This document shows, one piece after another, positions 39,508 to 50,529 of a stretch of DNA of 64,000 nucleotides. The DNA comes from an uncultured delta proteobacterium (GTDB lineage: Bacteria > Desulfobacterota > Binatia > JACPRU01), in the NCBI GenBank assembly GCA_963745025.1, contig CAVUWD010000008.1, forward strand, positions 128,001 through 192,000, written 5' to 3'. How positions within the stretch are numbered: the stretch's first letter is position 1; every line of letters begins with the position of its first letter. The notes under the pieces are model-generated. The model saw only the letters and a program-made list of their open reading frames with translations. It made no database searches and had not been told where the DNA came from. Made by a program: the position numbers and the translations under genes.

Positions 39508-42500
39508 ATGACGTGTAACGGTTGCGGCTTCGAAGCGCCCGCCGATTTCGCGTTCTGTCCCAAGTGCGGGGCCAGGCTCGCCGCCGCTCCCGCGTCCCCG
39601 CTTCCGGCTTCCCCCGCGCCGGAGGGGGACCGCCGGCCGGTCACCGTACTCTTCGCGGACCTGGCCGGGTTTACCGCGCTTAGCGAAGGGCTCGATCCAG
39701 AGGACGTGCGCGCGATCCAGAGCGATCTGTTCCACGAGATGTCCGCGTCGATCGACCGCTACGACGGCTTCGTCGAGAAGTACGTGGGCGACGCGGTCAT
39801 GGCGGTCTTCGGTGCCCCGCGCGCGCACGAGGACGATCCCGAGCGCGGCTTGCGCGCCGCCCTCCTGATGCGCGAGCGGATGGACGCGCTCAATGTTCGC
39901 TGGGAGCGGCGGGTGGGTCGGCCGCTCGCGCTGCACATCGGGGTCAACACCGGCCCGGTAGTGGCCGGCCGGATCGGCTCGGCCGCCGACGCGGCCTACG
40001 CGGTGACCGGTGACACCGTCAACACCGCCTCTCGCTTGCAGAGCGCGGCGCCCGCGGGCGAGATCCTGGTCAGTGACGCGACCTACGAGTTCACGTATCA
40101 CGCCTTCGCATTCGCCCCGCGCGAGGAGATCCGGCTCAAGGGCAAGAGTGAGCCGGTGGCGATCCATCGCCTGCTGAGCCCGCTCGCGGCGCCGCGCTCG
40201 GCCCGCGGCCTCGAGGCCTTGGGCCTCGACGCACCGCTGGTAGGCCGCGAGCGCGAGCTGGGTCGGATGCAAGCGGCCTTCGACGAGATGCGGGCGGGGC
40301 ACGCCCAGGTGCTGAGCCTCATCGGCGAGGCCGGGGCGGGGAAGTCGCGGCTGCAGCGGGAGTTCTTCGCGCGCCTCGAGGCGGCCGGGCGCCTCGAGGG
40401 CGTCACGGTGCGGCGCGCGGCGTGCTCGGCGCTCGGGGAGCAGACCTACGGTGCCACGGCCGCGTTGCTGCGCGACGCCTATGGGGTCGAGCACGGCGAT
40501 TCCGTGGCGGTCGTGCGGAGCAAGATCGGGGCGGGTCTCGAGACACTCGGCCTCGGCCCGGAGGATCGCGAGGCGATGGTGGCCGCACTCTCCCAGGTGT
40601 TAGGGCTCGAGCGCGACAACGCGCGCATGCGCCATCTGGAGCCCGAGCAGCTCAAGCGTCAGATCTTCATGGCCACCCGCGCCCTGGTAGAACGGCGTCT
40701 GGCGACCGGCCCGCTGGTGCTGGTCGTCGAGGATCTGCACTGGGCTGACGCGGCTTCTATCGAGCTGCTGGGCGCAACCGCGGACCGGCTCGCCGATCGG
40801 CCGCTCCTGGTCCTCCTGATGTATCGACCGACGCTCAAGCCGGGTGCGCTCGGCACGAGCCGAGCTCCGCACACCGTGATCGAGGTTACCCCCCTGTCTC
40901 GATCCGACAGCGACGACCTGCTCGCCGCCTGGTTCGGAGACTCGACGCGTCTCTTCCCGGAGCGCCTGCGGGCCCTCATCCTGGAGAGGGCCGGCGGCAA
41001 CCCGCTCTACCTCGAGGAAGTGGTGCGTGCCCTGATCGCGGCGCGTGTGCTGGTCCGAGAGGGCGAGGTGTGGCACTGCACCGCGGAGGCCGCAACCGCG
41101 CAGGTGCCCTCGACGCTGCACGGGCTGCTGCTCGCGCGCCTGGATCAGCTCGCCGCCACGGAGCGACAGCTCATTCAGGAAGCGGCGGTGATCGGCCCGC
41201 GCTTCGAGTTGCCGCTTCTCAAGGCGGTCTCGACCGTGTCCGCCGCGGTGGACTCCGCGCTCGACGCACTCGTGCGCGCCGATCTGGTGACCCCGGGGCC
41301 GAAGCACCGGTTCCGCCATGGGCTCCTGCAGGAGATCGTGTACCAGAACATCCTCGTGGCGCGGCGCACGGAGCTACATACCCGTGTGGGCACGGCTCTC
41401 GAGGCCGAGGGCGCAGGCAGCCCGGAGAGTCTCGAGCGGCTGGTGGCCCTCGGCCACCACTGGGCCCTCGGCGCCGACAAGGGCCGGGGCGCGCGCTACC
41501 TGATGGCGGCCGGCGACTGGGCGCGCGGCATGTACGCCAACGCGGACGCGATCCAGCACTACCAGCGGGCCCTCGACGCGCTCGAGCATTGCGAGGCGGT
41601 CGAGACGGAGCGGCTCGTGGCTCGGGAGCGCATGGCCGACCAGCTCGGCCCGACCGGTCGGCGGGGAGCGGCGCTCGGCGAGTACGAGATCGTCGAGGCA
41701 GGGTACCGTGCGGCGGCTGACGCGCCGGCGCGGGCGCGGATTCTTCGCAAGATGGGGGGTCTGCACTGGGACGCCGGCGCACGGACGCGGGCGCTCCGGT
41801 GCTTCGAGGCCGGGCTCGCCCTGCTCGGCGCCGATCGCGAGCACATAGAGCGGGCGCACCTCTACCAAGAGATGGGTCGGCTGGCCTTCCGCAGCGGCGA
41901 CAGCCAGCGGGCGGTCGAGTGGGCGGAGCAGGCGCGGCTCCATGCCGAGCGGCTCGCCGAAAACCCTTCGCTCGGCGCCGACGGGCGCGTGGAAGCGGTG
42001 ACCGCCACGGCGCAGAGCCACAACACGCTCGGCGTGGCCTTGGCCCGCCTGGGCCGGCTGGAGGAGGCGGTCGGGCACATCGAGCGCAGCGTGGCCCTAG
42101 CCCGGGAGAGCGGGCTGCTGCAGGTGGCCTGTCGCGGGCTCGCCAACCTGAGCGTGCTCTACAGCACGCTCGATCCGGCTCGGGCGATCGAGACCTGTTC
42201 GGCCGGCCTCGAGATGGCCAAGAAGATCGGCGACCTGGGCTTCCAGTCTCGGCTGTACGCGAATCTCGCGGTGGCCTACTGCGCGCTCACCAACCGTTGC
42301 GACGAACAGGGAATCGGCGCGGCGCACACTGCGATCGATCTCGATCGGCGCCTCGGGCAGCTCGATCACCTGGCGGTGCCGCTCATCGTGCTCGGGCAGA
42401 TCTACCAGTGCCACGGCGATCCGACGCGCGCGATCGCGCACTACCGGGAAGCGCTCGCGCTCGCCGAGGAGGCCGACGAGCCGCAGCTGTTGTTTCCCTG

Positions 42501-42639
42501 CTACGATGGCCTCGCCACCGTCCACCTGGACCTGGGCGACGAGGGGCAGGCGGAAGAGTTCATGCAGAAGGCCCAGGCAGTTTGCGAGCGGGCCGGGCTC
42601 GAGCCCGACGCGCTCGTGGTGCTGCCGTTCCTGGATTGA
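39508..42639 (+). CDS. Zinc-ribbon + class III adenylate/guanylate cyclase + AAA ATPase + TPR protein
   Basis: VTVLFADLAGFT, KYVGDAV, GDTVNTASRLQ, GEAGAGKS, VEDLHWAD, TPR-like C-terminus. Confidence 0.93.
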   Translation: MTCNGCGFEAPADFAFCPKCGARLAAAPASPLPASPAPEGDRRPVTVLFADLAGFTALSEGLDPEDVRAIQSDLFHEMSASIDRYDGFVEKYVGDAVMAVFGAPRAHEDDPERGLRAALLMRERMDALNVRWERRVGRPLALHIGVNTGPVVAGRIGSAADAAYAVTGDTVNTASRLQSAAPAGEILVSDATYEFTYHAFAFAPREEIRLKGKSEPVAIHRLLSPLAAPRSARGLEALGLDAPLVGRERELGRMQAAFDEMRAGHAQVLSLIGEAGAGKSRLQREFFARLEAAGRLEGVTVRRAACSALGEQTYGATAALLRDAYGVEHGDSVAVVRSKIGAGLETLGLGPEDREAMVAALSQVLGLERDNARMRHLEPEQLKRQIFMATRALVERRLATGPLVLVVEDLHWADAASIELLGATADRLADRPLLVLLMYRPTLKPGALGTSRAPHTVIEVTPLSRSDSDDLLAAWFGDSTRLFPERLRALILERAGGNPLYLEEVVRALIAARVLVREGEVWHCTAEAATAQVPSTLHGLLLARLDQLAATERQLIQEAAVIGPRFELPLLKAVSTVSAAVDSALDALVRADLVTPGPKHRFRHGLLQEIVYQNILVARRTELHTRVGTALEAEGAGSPESLERLVALGHHWALGADKGRGARYLMAAGDWARGMYANADAIQHYQRALDALEHCEAVETERLVARERMADQLGPTGRRGAALGEYEIVEAGYRAAADAPARARILRKMGGLHWDAGARTRALRCFEAGLALLGADREHIERAHLYQEMGRLAFRSGDSQRAVEWAEQARLHAERLAENPSLGADGRVEAVTATAQSHNTLGVALARLGRLEEAVGHIERSVALARESGLLQVACRGLANLSVLYSTLDPARAIETCSAGLEMAKKIGDLGFQSRLYANLAVAYCALTNRCDEQGIGAAHTAIDLDRRLGQLDHLAVPLIVLGQIYQCHGDPTRAIAHYREALALAEEADEPQLLFPCYDGLATVHLDLGDEGQAEEFMQKAQAVCERAGLEPDALVVLPFLD

Positions 42640-42673
42640 CTCGAACACGAGTCTAATAGAAAGGACTCTGCTC

Positions 42674-43344
42674 ATGGCGTCCATGATCCTCTTCGACCCG
42701 GTGATCCCGCTCCCCACTTCGCGCTGCCCGCGGTCAATCGCGAGGGCCAGGTCTCGCTCGACGACTATCGCGGGCGAAGTCCGGTCCTGGTCGGCCTGTT
42801 CCGCGGACTGCACTGCCCCTTCTGCCGGCGCCAGCTCGTGCAGCTGGGCACCACGCAGGAGAAGCTCAAAGCGGTGGGGGTGGAGACGATGGCGGTGGTC
42901 AATACCCCACTGGAGCGCGCGCGGCTCTACTTCAAGTACCGGCCCGCACGCGTGCTGCTCGCTGCGGACCCGGAGGCGGCGACGCATCGGGCGTTTGGGG
43001 TGCCCGAAGGCACGCTCGTCGAGGACGAATCGCAAGCCTCGTGGCCCCTGGGGAGATTCACGATGGGCCAGCTGCAAGCGTCACTGGTCAATCCCACCGG
43101 AGAGCTACCCGCGCCGCAGAATATCCTCCAGGCAAACGAGACGTTGAACAAGCGGGACGGGTTCGAGCTGACCGAGGTCGACCAGCAGATGGTGGCGACG
43201 CACGGCTTTCAGCTGGCCGGGCACTTCCTCATCGATCGGGACGGGATCATCCGGTGGCTGCAGATCGAAGGCGCGGAGCGGATCGGCGACCTCGCCAAGT
43301 TCCCGAGCGACGAGGAGATCCTTCGGGCGGCCCGCAGCCTCTAG
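42674..43344 (+). CDS. AhpC/TSA peroxiredoxin-like protein (ATG one base out of frame)
   Basis: PGDPAPHFALP, FRGLHCPFCRRQL, FLIDRDGIIRW. Confidence 0.82.
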
Positions 43345-43514
43345 ACCGGTCCCAGCCCGGGCTTCGTGGGAAAACGCAGCGGCCAACCCGTGTTCGGTTT
43401 CACCCGGAATGGCCGTTCATTTTCGCCGGGATACGCGTTCGAACGCATCTTTTCTCGTCGATGTGGACCAGCGGGAATCGGTCCCGCAGGAGAGCTATCA
43501 TAGGAGGAGTCGTT

Positions 43515-44309
43515 ATGAAGCTGAGTGAGCTGACGGATGTTCTCTACGAGATCGATCGAGGCCTCGCCTGGATCACGATCAACCGCCCCGACCGGTTTAA
43601 CTCCTTTCGAGGGCGGACGATTGACGAGCTGCTCCGGTGTTTCAAGGCGGCGTGGGCCGACAAGACCGTCGGAGTCGTCGCGTTCACCGGCGCGGGGGAC
43701 AAGGCATTTTGCGCGGGCGGCGACCAGAAACAGCGGCAGGAGACCGGCGACTACGGCCCCACCGAGACCGGACTCTTCGAGGTCGAGTCGCTTCACCGCA
43801 TCATCCGCGAGATCCCGAAACCCGTCATCGCCGCGGTGAATGGCGTGGCCGTCGGCGGCGGGCACGTCCTGCACTTCCTCTGCGATCTCACGATCGCCGC
43901 GGAGCACGCGCGGTTCGGGCAAGCCGGCCCCCGCGTGGGCTCCTATGACGCCGGGTTCGGGAGCGCCTACCTCGCGCGGATTATCGGCGACAAACGAGCA
44001 AAAGAGATCTGGTATCTCTGCCGGCTGTACGACGCCGCCGCCCTGGAGCGGTGGGGTCTCGTGAACAAGGTCGTGCCCCTCTCCGAGCTCAAGGCCGAGG
44101 TCCGGCGCTGGGCGGACGAGTTGCTCGACAAGAGCCCCTACGCGCTCAGGGCGCTCAAGCACTCTTTCAACGCCGACACCGAGTCGATCGCGGGGATCGG
44201 GGGAATGGCCTTCGATAGCCTCGACCTCTTCGTCAAGACCCCCGAAGCGCGAGAAGGCGTAGACGCGTTCAACGAGAAGAGAAAACCGGACTTCACACCG
44301 TACCGGTGA
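43515..44309 (+). CDS. MenB/BadI-like crotonase
   Basis: WITINRP, AFCAGGDQ, GPRVGSYDAGFGS, AKEIWYLCR, EKRKPDF. Confidence 0.88.
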   Translation: MKLSELTDVLYEIDRGLAWITINRPDRFNSFRGRTIDELLRCFKAAWADKTVGVVAFTGAGDKAFCAGGDQKQRQETGDYGPTETGLFEVESLHRIIREIPKPVIAAVNGVAVGGGHVLHFLCDLTIAAEHARFGQAGPRVGSYDAGFGSAYLARIIGDKRAKEIWYLCRLYDAAALERWGLVNKVVPLSELKAEVRRWADELLDKSPYALRALKHSFNADTESIAGIGGMAFDSLDLFVKTPEAREGVDAFNEKRKPDFTPYR

Positions 44310-44442
44310 CCCCGGGTTCGGATCGCATCGCGGGCTCTCCGGGTAGCACCCGGATCCGAGCTCGCAGAACTCTGACTCCGTCTTCTACGTGCGAAAAGGG
44401 CGTCGAAGACGGAGTCCTTTTCCTTGATGAGGAGTGTCCGAG

Positions 44443-44877
44443 ATGGCCACGATTCGGAAAGCGACCCCGGCAGATCAGGCGAAGACCATTGGTCTGCTGA
44501 AGCAGTTTCCACCCGACCCTGAGCTGCCAAAGGTCAACTGGGACGACGCGGCCAAGGCCTTTGCGACGCTCGCTGAGGGCCGCAGCGGCTGCATCTTCGT
44601 GGCGGAAGAGGGCGGTGACATCGTGGGCGTGGTCACCCTAGGCTACTCGTATGTCCTGCGCTTTGGCGGAATATACGCGATGATCGAGGAGTTCATCGTA
44701 AGCGAGAAGATGCGGGGCAAGGGGATCGCGAGCCAGTTGATCCAGACAGCGATACAGGAGGCGCGCCGGATGGGTTGCCCGGAGGTCCAGGTCAACGGGC
44801 CGAGCCCGCTGGGCCGCCCCGTATACCTCCGCAACGGCTTTCACGAAGCAGGGCTCCACATGAAGATCCAGCTGTGA
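44443..44877 (+). CDS. GNAT acetyltransferase
   Basis: IEEFIV..MRGKGIASQLI, YLRNGF. Confidence 0.85.
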   Translation: MATIRKATPADQAKTIGLLKQFPPDPELPKVNWDDAAKAFATLAEGRSGCIFVAEEGGDIVGVVTLGYSYVLRFGGIYAMIEEFIVSEKMRGKGIASQLIQTAIQEARRMGCPEVQVNGPSPLGRPVYLRNGFHEAGLHMKIQL

Positions 44878-45013
44878 CGAGACGGGCGATGCCAAGAAGG
44901 ACGAGCACAGACAAGATCGAACACGAGCGGAGAGCTTGGGAGGTCGAGAAGACGCAGCCAATTCGTGCAAGATCATGTCGAAGGATGATCGTCTCGCGCG
45001 ACGCGGCGGGAGA

Positions 45014-46216
45014 ATGCCGATGGAAAAAGCCCTGGCGGGCGTGAAGGTCCTCGATTTGACGCAATTCGAAGCCGGCCCTTCGTGCACGGAGATGCTCGCC
45101 TGGCTCGGCGCGGACGTCATCAAGGTCGAATCGCCACAGCTGGGTGAGCAGGGGCGATGGCTGCTGACCGAAAAGCAGGGCGTCGATTCCTACTATTTCC
45201 TGCTGCTCAACGCGAACAAGCGCGGCATCACGCTCAATCTGAAGAGCGCCAAGGGCCAGGAGATTTTCCAGGACCTGGTGAAGAAGGTCGATATCCTGAG
45301 CGAGAACTACTCGCTCGGAACTCTCGAAGGCCTCGGCCTCGGCTACGAAACGCTCCGGGACCTCAATCCACGCCTCATCTATCTCACGATCAAGGGCTTC
45401 GGTACCACCGGGCCGTACAGCTCATACAAGAGCTTCGACATGATTGCGCAAGCGTCCGGCGGCGCGATGGCGTTGACCGGGTTTCCCGGCATGCCTCCAC
45501 TGAAGCCAGGGCCGACGATCGGCGATACCGGAACGGGTATGCACGCGGCGATCGGTGTCCTGGCTGCCTATATTCAGCGCCAGCACACCGGAAAAGGGCA
45601 GAAGGTAGAGCTCGCAATGCAGGAAGCGGTGCTGAACTTTTGCCGTGTCCCGATAATGGGTACCTATGTGACGCATGAGCCGGTGGAGCGCACCGGCAAT
45701 CGCCTCCCCGCCGGACTCGGGGATATCTACCGATGCGCCCCGGGTGGCGACAACGACTACGTCTTCATCCTCTGCAGCGTGACCGAAATGTGGAAGAACC
45801 TCTGCAAGGCGATCGGGCAGCCCGACCTCGCCGACGATGAGCGATTCAGTCATGCGCGGTCGCGCGCCCGCAATGTCGAGGCGCTGACCGCAATCATCAG
45901 CGAATGGACCGGCAAGCACACCAAGCACGAGGTGATGAAAATCCTAGGCGAAGCCGGCGTGCCGTGCGGCAAGGTGCTGGACAGTGTCGAGCTGCTGAAC
46001 GATCCGCATCTGAAAGAGCGCGGCATGATCGTCACCGTGAATCATCCGGTACGCGGCGAGTTCACGATGCCAGGATGCCCGGTGCGTCTGGAAGACTCTC
46101 CGGTCGAGGTCACGGCTGCGCCGCTCCTCGGACAACACAATGGCGAGGTATACGGCGAGCTGCTGGGGATGACGGCCGATGACCTGGAACGGCTGAAGAC
46201 CGACGGCGTCATCTGA
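45014..46216 (+). CDS. Formyl-CoA transferase-like class III CoA-transferase
   Basis: LTQFEAGPSCTEMLAWLGADVIKVE, IGDTGTGMH, PLLGQHN. Confidence 0.9.
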   Translation: MPMEKALAGVKVLDLTQFEAGPSCTEMLAWLGADVIKVESPQLGEQGRWLLTEKQGVDSYYFLLLNANKRGITLNLKSAKGQEIFQDLVKKVDILSENYSLGTLEGLGLGYETLRDLNPRLIYLTIKGFGTTGPYSSYKSFDMIAQASGGAMALTGFPGMPPLKPGPTIGDTGTGMHAAIGVLAAYIQRQHTGKGQKVELAMQEAVLNFCRVPIMGTYVTHEPVERTGNRLPAGLGDIYRCAPGGDNDYVFILCSVTEMWKNLCKAIGQPDLADDERFSHARSRARNVEALTAIISEWTGKHTKHEVMKILGEAGVPCGKVLDSVELLNDPHLKERGMIVTVNHPVRGEFTMPGCPVRLEDSPVEVTAAPLLGQHNGEVYGELLGMTADDLERLKTDGVI

Positions 46217-46400
46217 GCTGCCGGCCTGCATCTCTCGCCAGACCTTTTGCTGCGCATCGCCTCTGCTCTCTCCACCTTGGGTGATTCGCTCCTATCTTGC
46301 ACGCACGATCCGGAGGCGTCGTCGGACGCCTCGATGGGCCGACGCCACCGGCGAACCGCTCCACCTCGATCGTCGTGAAGCCCATGCCTGTCTCCTCCGT

Positions 46401-47177
46401 TTAGCGAATCCCCGCGTAGCCACCGTCCACGACGAAGACCTGTCCGGTTACGTAGCTCGACGCCTCGGAGGCCAGGTAGAGCGTCAGGCCGACGATCTCC
46501 TCGGGGTCGGCGAAGCGGCCCATCGGAATCTTGTCGAGCACTCGGCGATAGAGAGCGGCGTTCTTCATCAGGCCGCTCGTGAGGTCCGTGGTCACGTATC
46601 CGGGCGCGACCGCGTTGACGCGGACGCCATGCGAGCACCAGTCCGCGGCCAGCGTCTGGGTCATGGCGATGAGCCCGGCTTTCGCCGCGGTGTACGGCAG
46701 GCCGCGCTTGGTCCCGTGAAGCGCGGTCGCCGATGTGATGTTGACGATCCGGCCGCCGCGCTGCGCGATCATGACCTGCCCGACCTCGCGGCACGCCAGG
46801 AACGCTCCGCGCAGATTCACGTTCATGATCAGGTCCCAGTCCTCGGGCGTGAGGACCTCGGGGCGCTTGAACAGGGGATTGATGCCGGCGTTGTTGACGA
46901 GGACATCGATCCGACCGCAGCGACTCCTCACCTCGCCGACGAGCCGCTCGACGTCCTCGAGCCGGCTCACGTCCGTCGGAATCCCGTCGGCCCGGTGCCC
47001 GAGCGCCTTGATCTCCGCGGCCACCGAGTCGACCGACTCGGGCGAGCGGCTCGCCACGACGACGTGCGCCCCGCTGGCTGCAAGGCCGAGCGAGATCGCG
47101 CGCCCGATGCCCCGTGAGCCGCCGATGACTATCGCGACCTGGCCACCGAGGTCGTGCGCTTTCCGCTGCTGCTCCAT
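46401..47177 (-). CDS. Short-chain dehydrogenase/reductase
   Basis: GGSRGIG, NNAG, YTAAK, VDGG. Confidence 0.93.
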   Translation of the reverse strand: MEQQRKAHDLGGQVAIVIGGSRGIGRAISLGLAASGAHVVVASRSPESVDSVAAEIKALGHRADGIPTDVSRLEDVERLVGEVRSRCGRIDVLVNNAGINPLFKRPEVLTPEDWDLIMNVNLRGAFLACREVGQVMIAQRGGRIVNITSATALHGTKRGLPYTAAKAGLIAMTQTLAADWCSHGVRVNAVAPGYVTTDLTSGLMKNAALYRRVLDKIPMGRFADPEEIVGLTLYLASEASSYVTGQVFVVDGGYAGIR

Positions 47178-47192
47178 CGACGTCGTCGTCGA

Positions 47193-47325
47193 CTACCGCG
47201 TGAGGCGGTCGCCGGCTGTTTCCCGGTCCCAGGCGCCCTCGACTCCCCGCTTACGGAGCCGGCACTTCTGGACCTTCTCCTTGGGCGACTTGGGCAGCGC
47301 GTCAACGAGCTCCACGTACTGGAAG
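47193..47325 (-). pseudogene. Acyl-CoA ligase C-terminal shard
   Basis: YVELVDALPKSPKEKVQK..LR. Confidence 0.6.
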
Positions 47326-47374
47326 CATCGGTGCCGCGCGGCCTGCTCGGCGAGCATTCGCGGGAGCGTCGTCA

Positions 47375-48535
47375 TCACCCCTGGTCCTCGTCCCAGCGGT
47401 ATCCGTCGAGGAAGTTGCGCGCGATGACGAGCTGCTGGATCGTGGGAGTGCCTTCCTCGAGCCAGTTCAGGCGGGCGTCGCGATAGAGACGCTCGATCGG
47501 ATACTTGCGCGTGTAACCGACGCCGCCGTGGATGAGCAGGGCGCGGTCGGTCACCCGGCCCACGGCCTCAAGGCCGAACAGCTTGCACATCGACGCCTCG
47601 GCGGGAATTCGCTCGCCGCGATCGGCCTTGCGCGCGGCATCGTACACCATCGCCCGAAGCGCGTAGATGTCCGTCGCCATCTCGGCGAGATAGGTCTGCA
47701 TCGCCTGCCGCTCCGCGATCGGCTTCCCGAACGTCACGCGCTTTTTCGAAAACGCGAGCGACAGGTCGAGCGCGCGCTCCGCGGTCCCCAGCGACGTCGC
47801 CGCGATGAAGAGGCGGCTGACCTCCAGCGCGACCGTCATCTGGAGGAGCCCTTCGCCTTCCGTCCCCATGATGTTCTTCGCCGGCACGCGGCAGTCCTTG
47901 AACGTCAGGTAGCCGTGCTCGCCCCCTCGACATCCCATCAGCGGCGGCATGCTGCCGATCGTGAAGCCCGGCGTCTCGCGATCGACCAGCAGCGCGCTGA
48001 TGCCGTGGGCGCCACGAGTTGGATCGGTGTAGCAGAACGTCATGAAGTGACTGGCGAACTCGGAGTTCGTGATGAGGTGCTTCCGGCCGTTCAGGATGAA
48101 CTCGTCGCCGTCGCGCACCGCCCGCGACTTGAGGTCGCGGCCGGTGCCGGCATCCGGCTCGGTGAGCCCGAACGCAACGGAGTATTCGCCGCTCGCGATC
48201 CGCGGTAGCAACGCCTGCTTCTGCGGCTCGCTGGCGAGCTGGGCGACCGCCTTCGCCGTCGTGTTGTGGACGTGCACGATCACCCGGATGCCGCCATGGA
48301 TCTTCGAGAACTCGGCCAGGATCGGGACGTACTGGGAGGCCGAGAGGCCCACGCCCCCGTAGGCGTCCGGAACGAGCATGCCGAAGCAGCGCATGCGGCG
48401 GAGTTTGGGCAAGACCTTGTCGAGCGGCACCTTGTCGGTGCTCTCGATCTCCTCCTCGTACTGGTCGAGCTCCTCCCAGATGAACTCGAACATCTCCTTC
48501 TTGAACTTCCGGTACGCTTCTGCCGTCAGGGCCAT
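47375..48535 (-). CDS. Acyl-CoA dehydrogenase
   Basis: FGLTEPDAG, LNGRKHLITN, RVTFGKPI, HGGVGY, EGTPTIQ. Confidence 0.93.
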   Translation of the reverse strand: MALTAEAYRKFKKEMFEFIWEELDQYEEEIESTDKVPLDKVLPKLRRMRCFGMLVPDAYGGVGLSASQYVPILAEFSKIHGGIRVIVHVHNTTAKAVAQLASEPQKQALLPRIASGEYSVAFGLTEPDAGTGRDLKSRAVRDGDEFILNGRKHLITNSEFASHFMTFCYTDPTRGAHGISALLVDRETPGFTIGSMPPLMGCRGGEHGYLTFKDCRVPAKNIMGTEGEGLLQMTVALEVSRLFIAATSLGTAERALDLSLAFSKKRVTFGKPIAERQAMQTYLAEMATDIYALRAMVYDAARKADRGERIPAEASMCKLFGLEAVGRVTDRALLIHGGVGYTRKYPIERLYRDARLNWLEEGTPTIQQLVIARNFLDGYRWDEDQG

Positions 48536-48544
48536 GCGTCGTCT

Positions 48545-48700
48545 CCTTCGGGCTCAGGATTTCGTGTAGCGGTACACGCCGTGTCCCATCTTCCTGCCGA
48601 GGCGGTTGGCTCGCACCATCTGGCGCAGAAGCGGACACGGGCGGTATCGGTCTCCGATCTCGCGATGGAGGTACTCGAGGGTGCCGAACTCGAGCGAGGC
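48545..48700 (-). pseudogene. 3-hydroxyacyl-CoA dehydrogenase C-terminal shard
   Basis: [38 protein letters not shown]. Confidence 0.65.
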
Positions 48701-48894
48701 CGCCAGCATTCACCCAACATAGCAGTTGCAAAAACGCCCGTCGCTAGCCGAGGCTCGCGAGAGATTACGCATTGCGCTCGATCCCTCCACGGTGATAGCC
48801 AATGACACGGTGGCCTTCCGGGAAGCTCTCACCCGTGGTTCGCGCTGGGCGAGGCAGACCGCGAAGCGTGCCGTAGTCCCGTAACGGAGAGCAC

Positions 48895-49518
48895 ATGAGG
48901 ACACGAGTTGCGACGCTTGGCTGGTCATTGACGGGAATGGTGCTGGCGATACCCGTAGCAGCGCTCTCGGCGGAAGCGGCGCCGCAGCCGCCGCAGCCCT
49001 CCATCGCTATCGCCCCGGGTTACCAGGTCTCCCTCGAGTACACGCTCTCCGACGAGAAGGGCGTCGAGATCCAGACCAACAAAGGCGAAGCCCCTCTAGT
49101 CTATACGCCGGGGAAGAACGAGATCTTTCCCGGGCTCGAGAAGGCCCTCGACGGCATGCACGTCGGGGAGGAGAAGGACGTGAAGCTACCTCCCGAAGAA
49201 GCCTACGGGCCGGTGCGCAAAGACGCCTTCCAGGAGGTGCCGAAGAGTTCGATCCCCGCCGAAGCGTTGAAGGTCGGCACCCCGCTGCGCGCCCAAGCTC
49301 CGGACGGCCGCACCATGGTGGCGCGCGTCAGCAAGATCAAAGACAAGACAGTTGTCGTCGATCTCAATCATCTGCTCGCCGGCAAGACCGTGGCCTTTCA
49401 CCTGAAGGTCCTCGATGTGAAGAAGGCCGAGGAGAAGTCGGAGGCGACCTCCAAGTCCGCAGAGCCGCCACCCGCGCCGGACGCCAATACGGGCGTGGGC
49501 GACAAGCCGGCCAAGTAG
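48895..49518 (+). CDS. Secreted FKBP-type (SlyD-like) peptidyl-prolyl isomerase
   Basis: VSLEYTL, PGLEKAL, PEEAYG, VDLNHLLAGK; signal peptide. Confidence 0.9.
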   Translation: MRTRVATLGWSLTGMVLAIPVAALSAEAAPQPPQPSIAIAPGYQVSLEYTLSDEKGVEIQTNKGEAPLVYTPGKNEIFPGLEKALDGMHVGEEKDVKLPPEEAYGPVRKDAFQEVPKSSIPAEALKVGTPLRAQAPDGRTMVARVSKIKDKTVVVDLNHLLAGKTVAFHLKVLDVKKAEEKSEATSKSAEPPPAPDANTGVGDKPAK

Positions 49519-49944
49519 CGAGTCGGGCTCCCGGCGGGCGAGGCGGCTCCGCCCGCGACAGAGCCACTGCGCGATGGGACGATTCGACCGTTTTGGCGCG
49601 CTCGAACCGCCGGTAGGCCGCGAGCGCTGCGATGAACCATCCCATTTTGCCAGCAGCACCGAGGGATCGCGCCGTCGCATCAGCAACAAGAGGACAATCA
49701 GGTGTGCGCACAAGTCGGCGAGCCAGTACCGGGTGAAGATGCACTCGATGGCCGCCACGATGTCCTCGCGATACGGGCGACGGCACGCAGGAACGCCGCC
49801 GGGGTCGTTTTCATGTTCTTGTGCGCGACGATCTCCGACAGTCCCGCTCTTGCTCTTGATATCCAAATGCCGGAGGAAGGAAACGGGAAGCATTTGCCAA
49901 AGATCCAAAGCCGATCGATGCCAAAAACTATAGAGGAGAGCCAG

Positions 49945-50439
49945 ATGACCGACGTCCGCAAGTTGGAGGATCACGTCTCGATCATCCACGTGATCCAACA
50001 GGTCGCGAGAGCCTTTGACGAGAAGCTCCACGACGAGCTCCTGCCGAAGGCATTCGACGACAACGCGAGTATCCTCTACCGCCTCCGCGGCGCGCGGATC
50101 GATTTCTCGATGCCGAAGGGGCTCGCGCAGTTCAAGTACTTCCACGACCGCTGCTACTGGACGCAGCACCACGTGTCGCCCCACGTCGTCTCGATCGACG
50201 GCGACACGGCACGCGCGAGCACGCCGGTTCACGCCGTGCACCTGCAGATCCGGAACGACGGCAGCCACAACCACTGGGTGATCGCGGCGGTCTATCACGA
50301 CGAGCTGGTGCGACGGCCTGAGGGCTGGCGCATCCGCAAGCGGAAGGCCCTCTGCCCGTACGTTGAAGGCGACTTCCTCGTGGACGGCGTGCGCCTCTTC
50401 CCGACGTTGCCGGATCTGGACCGCGAAGGGGCGCCCTGA
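49945..50439 (+). CDS. SnoaL/NTF2-like protein
   Basis: TQHHVS..IDGDTA, YHDELVRRPEGWRI. Confidence 0.85.
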   Translation: MTDVRKLEDHVSIIHVIQQVARAFDEKLHDELLPKAFDDNASILYRLRGARIDFSMPKGLAQFKYFHDRCYWTQHHVSPHVVSIDGDTARASTPVHAVHLQIRNDGSHNHWVIAAVYHDELVRRPEGWRIRKRKALCPYVEGDFLVDGVRLFPTLPDLDREGAP

Positions 50440-50529
50440 TCGGAGTCCATCCCGAGCCCGTCGATCCGGCCAGACCAACCTTCACTGCCAACGGAGCCGG
50501 GATGAGGGACACGCTTCTGCCGGGAGGCG

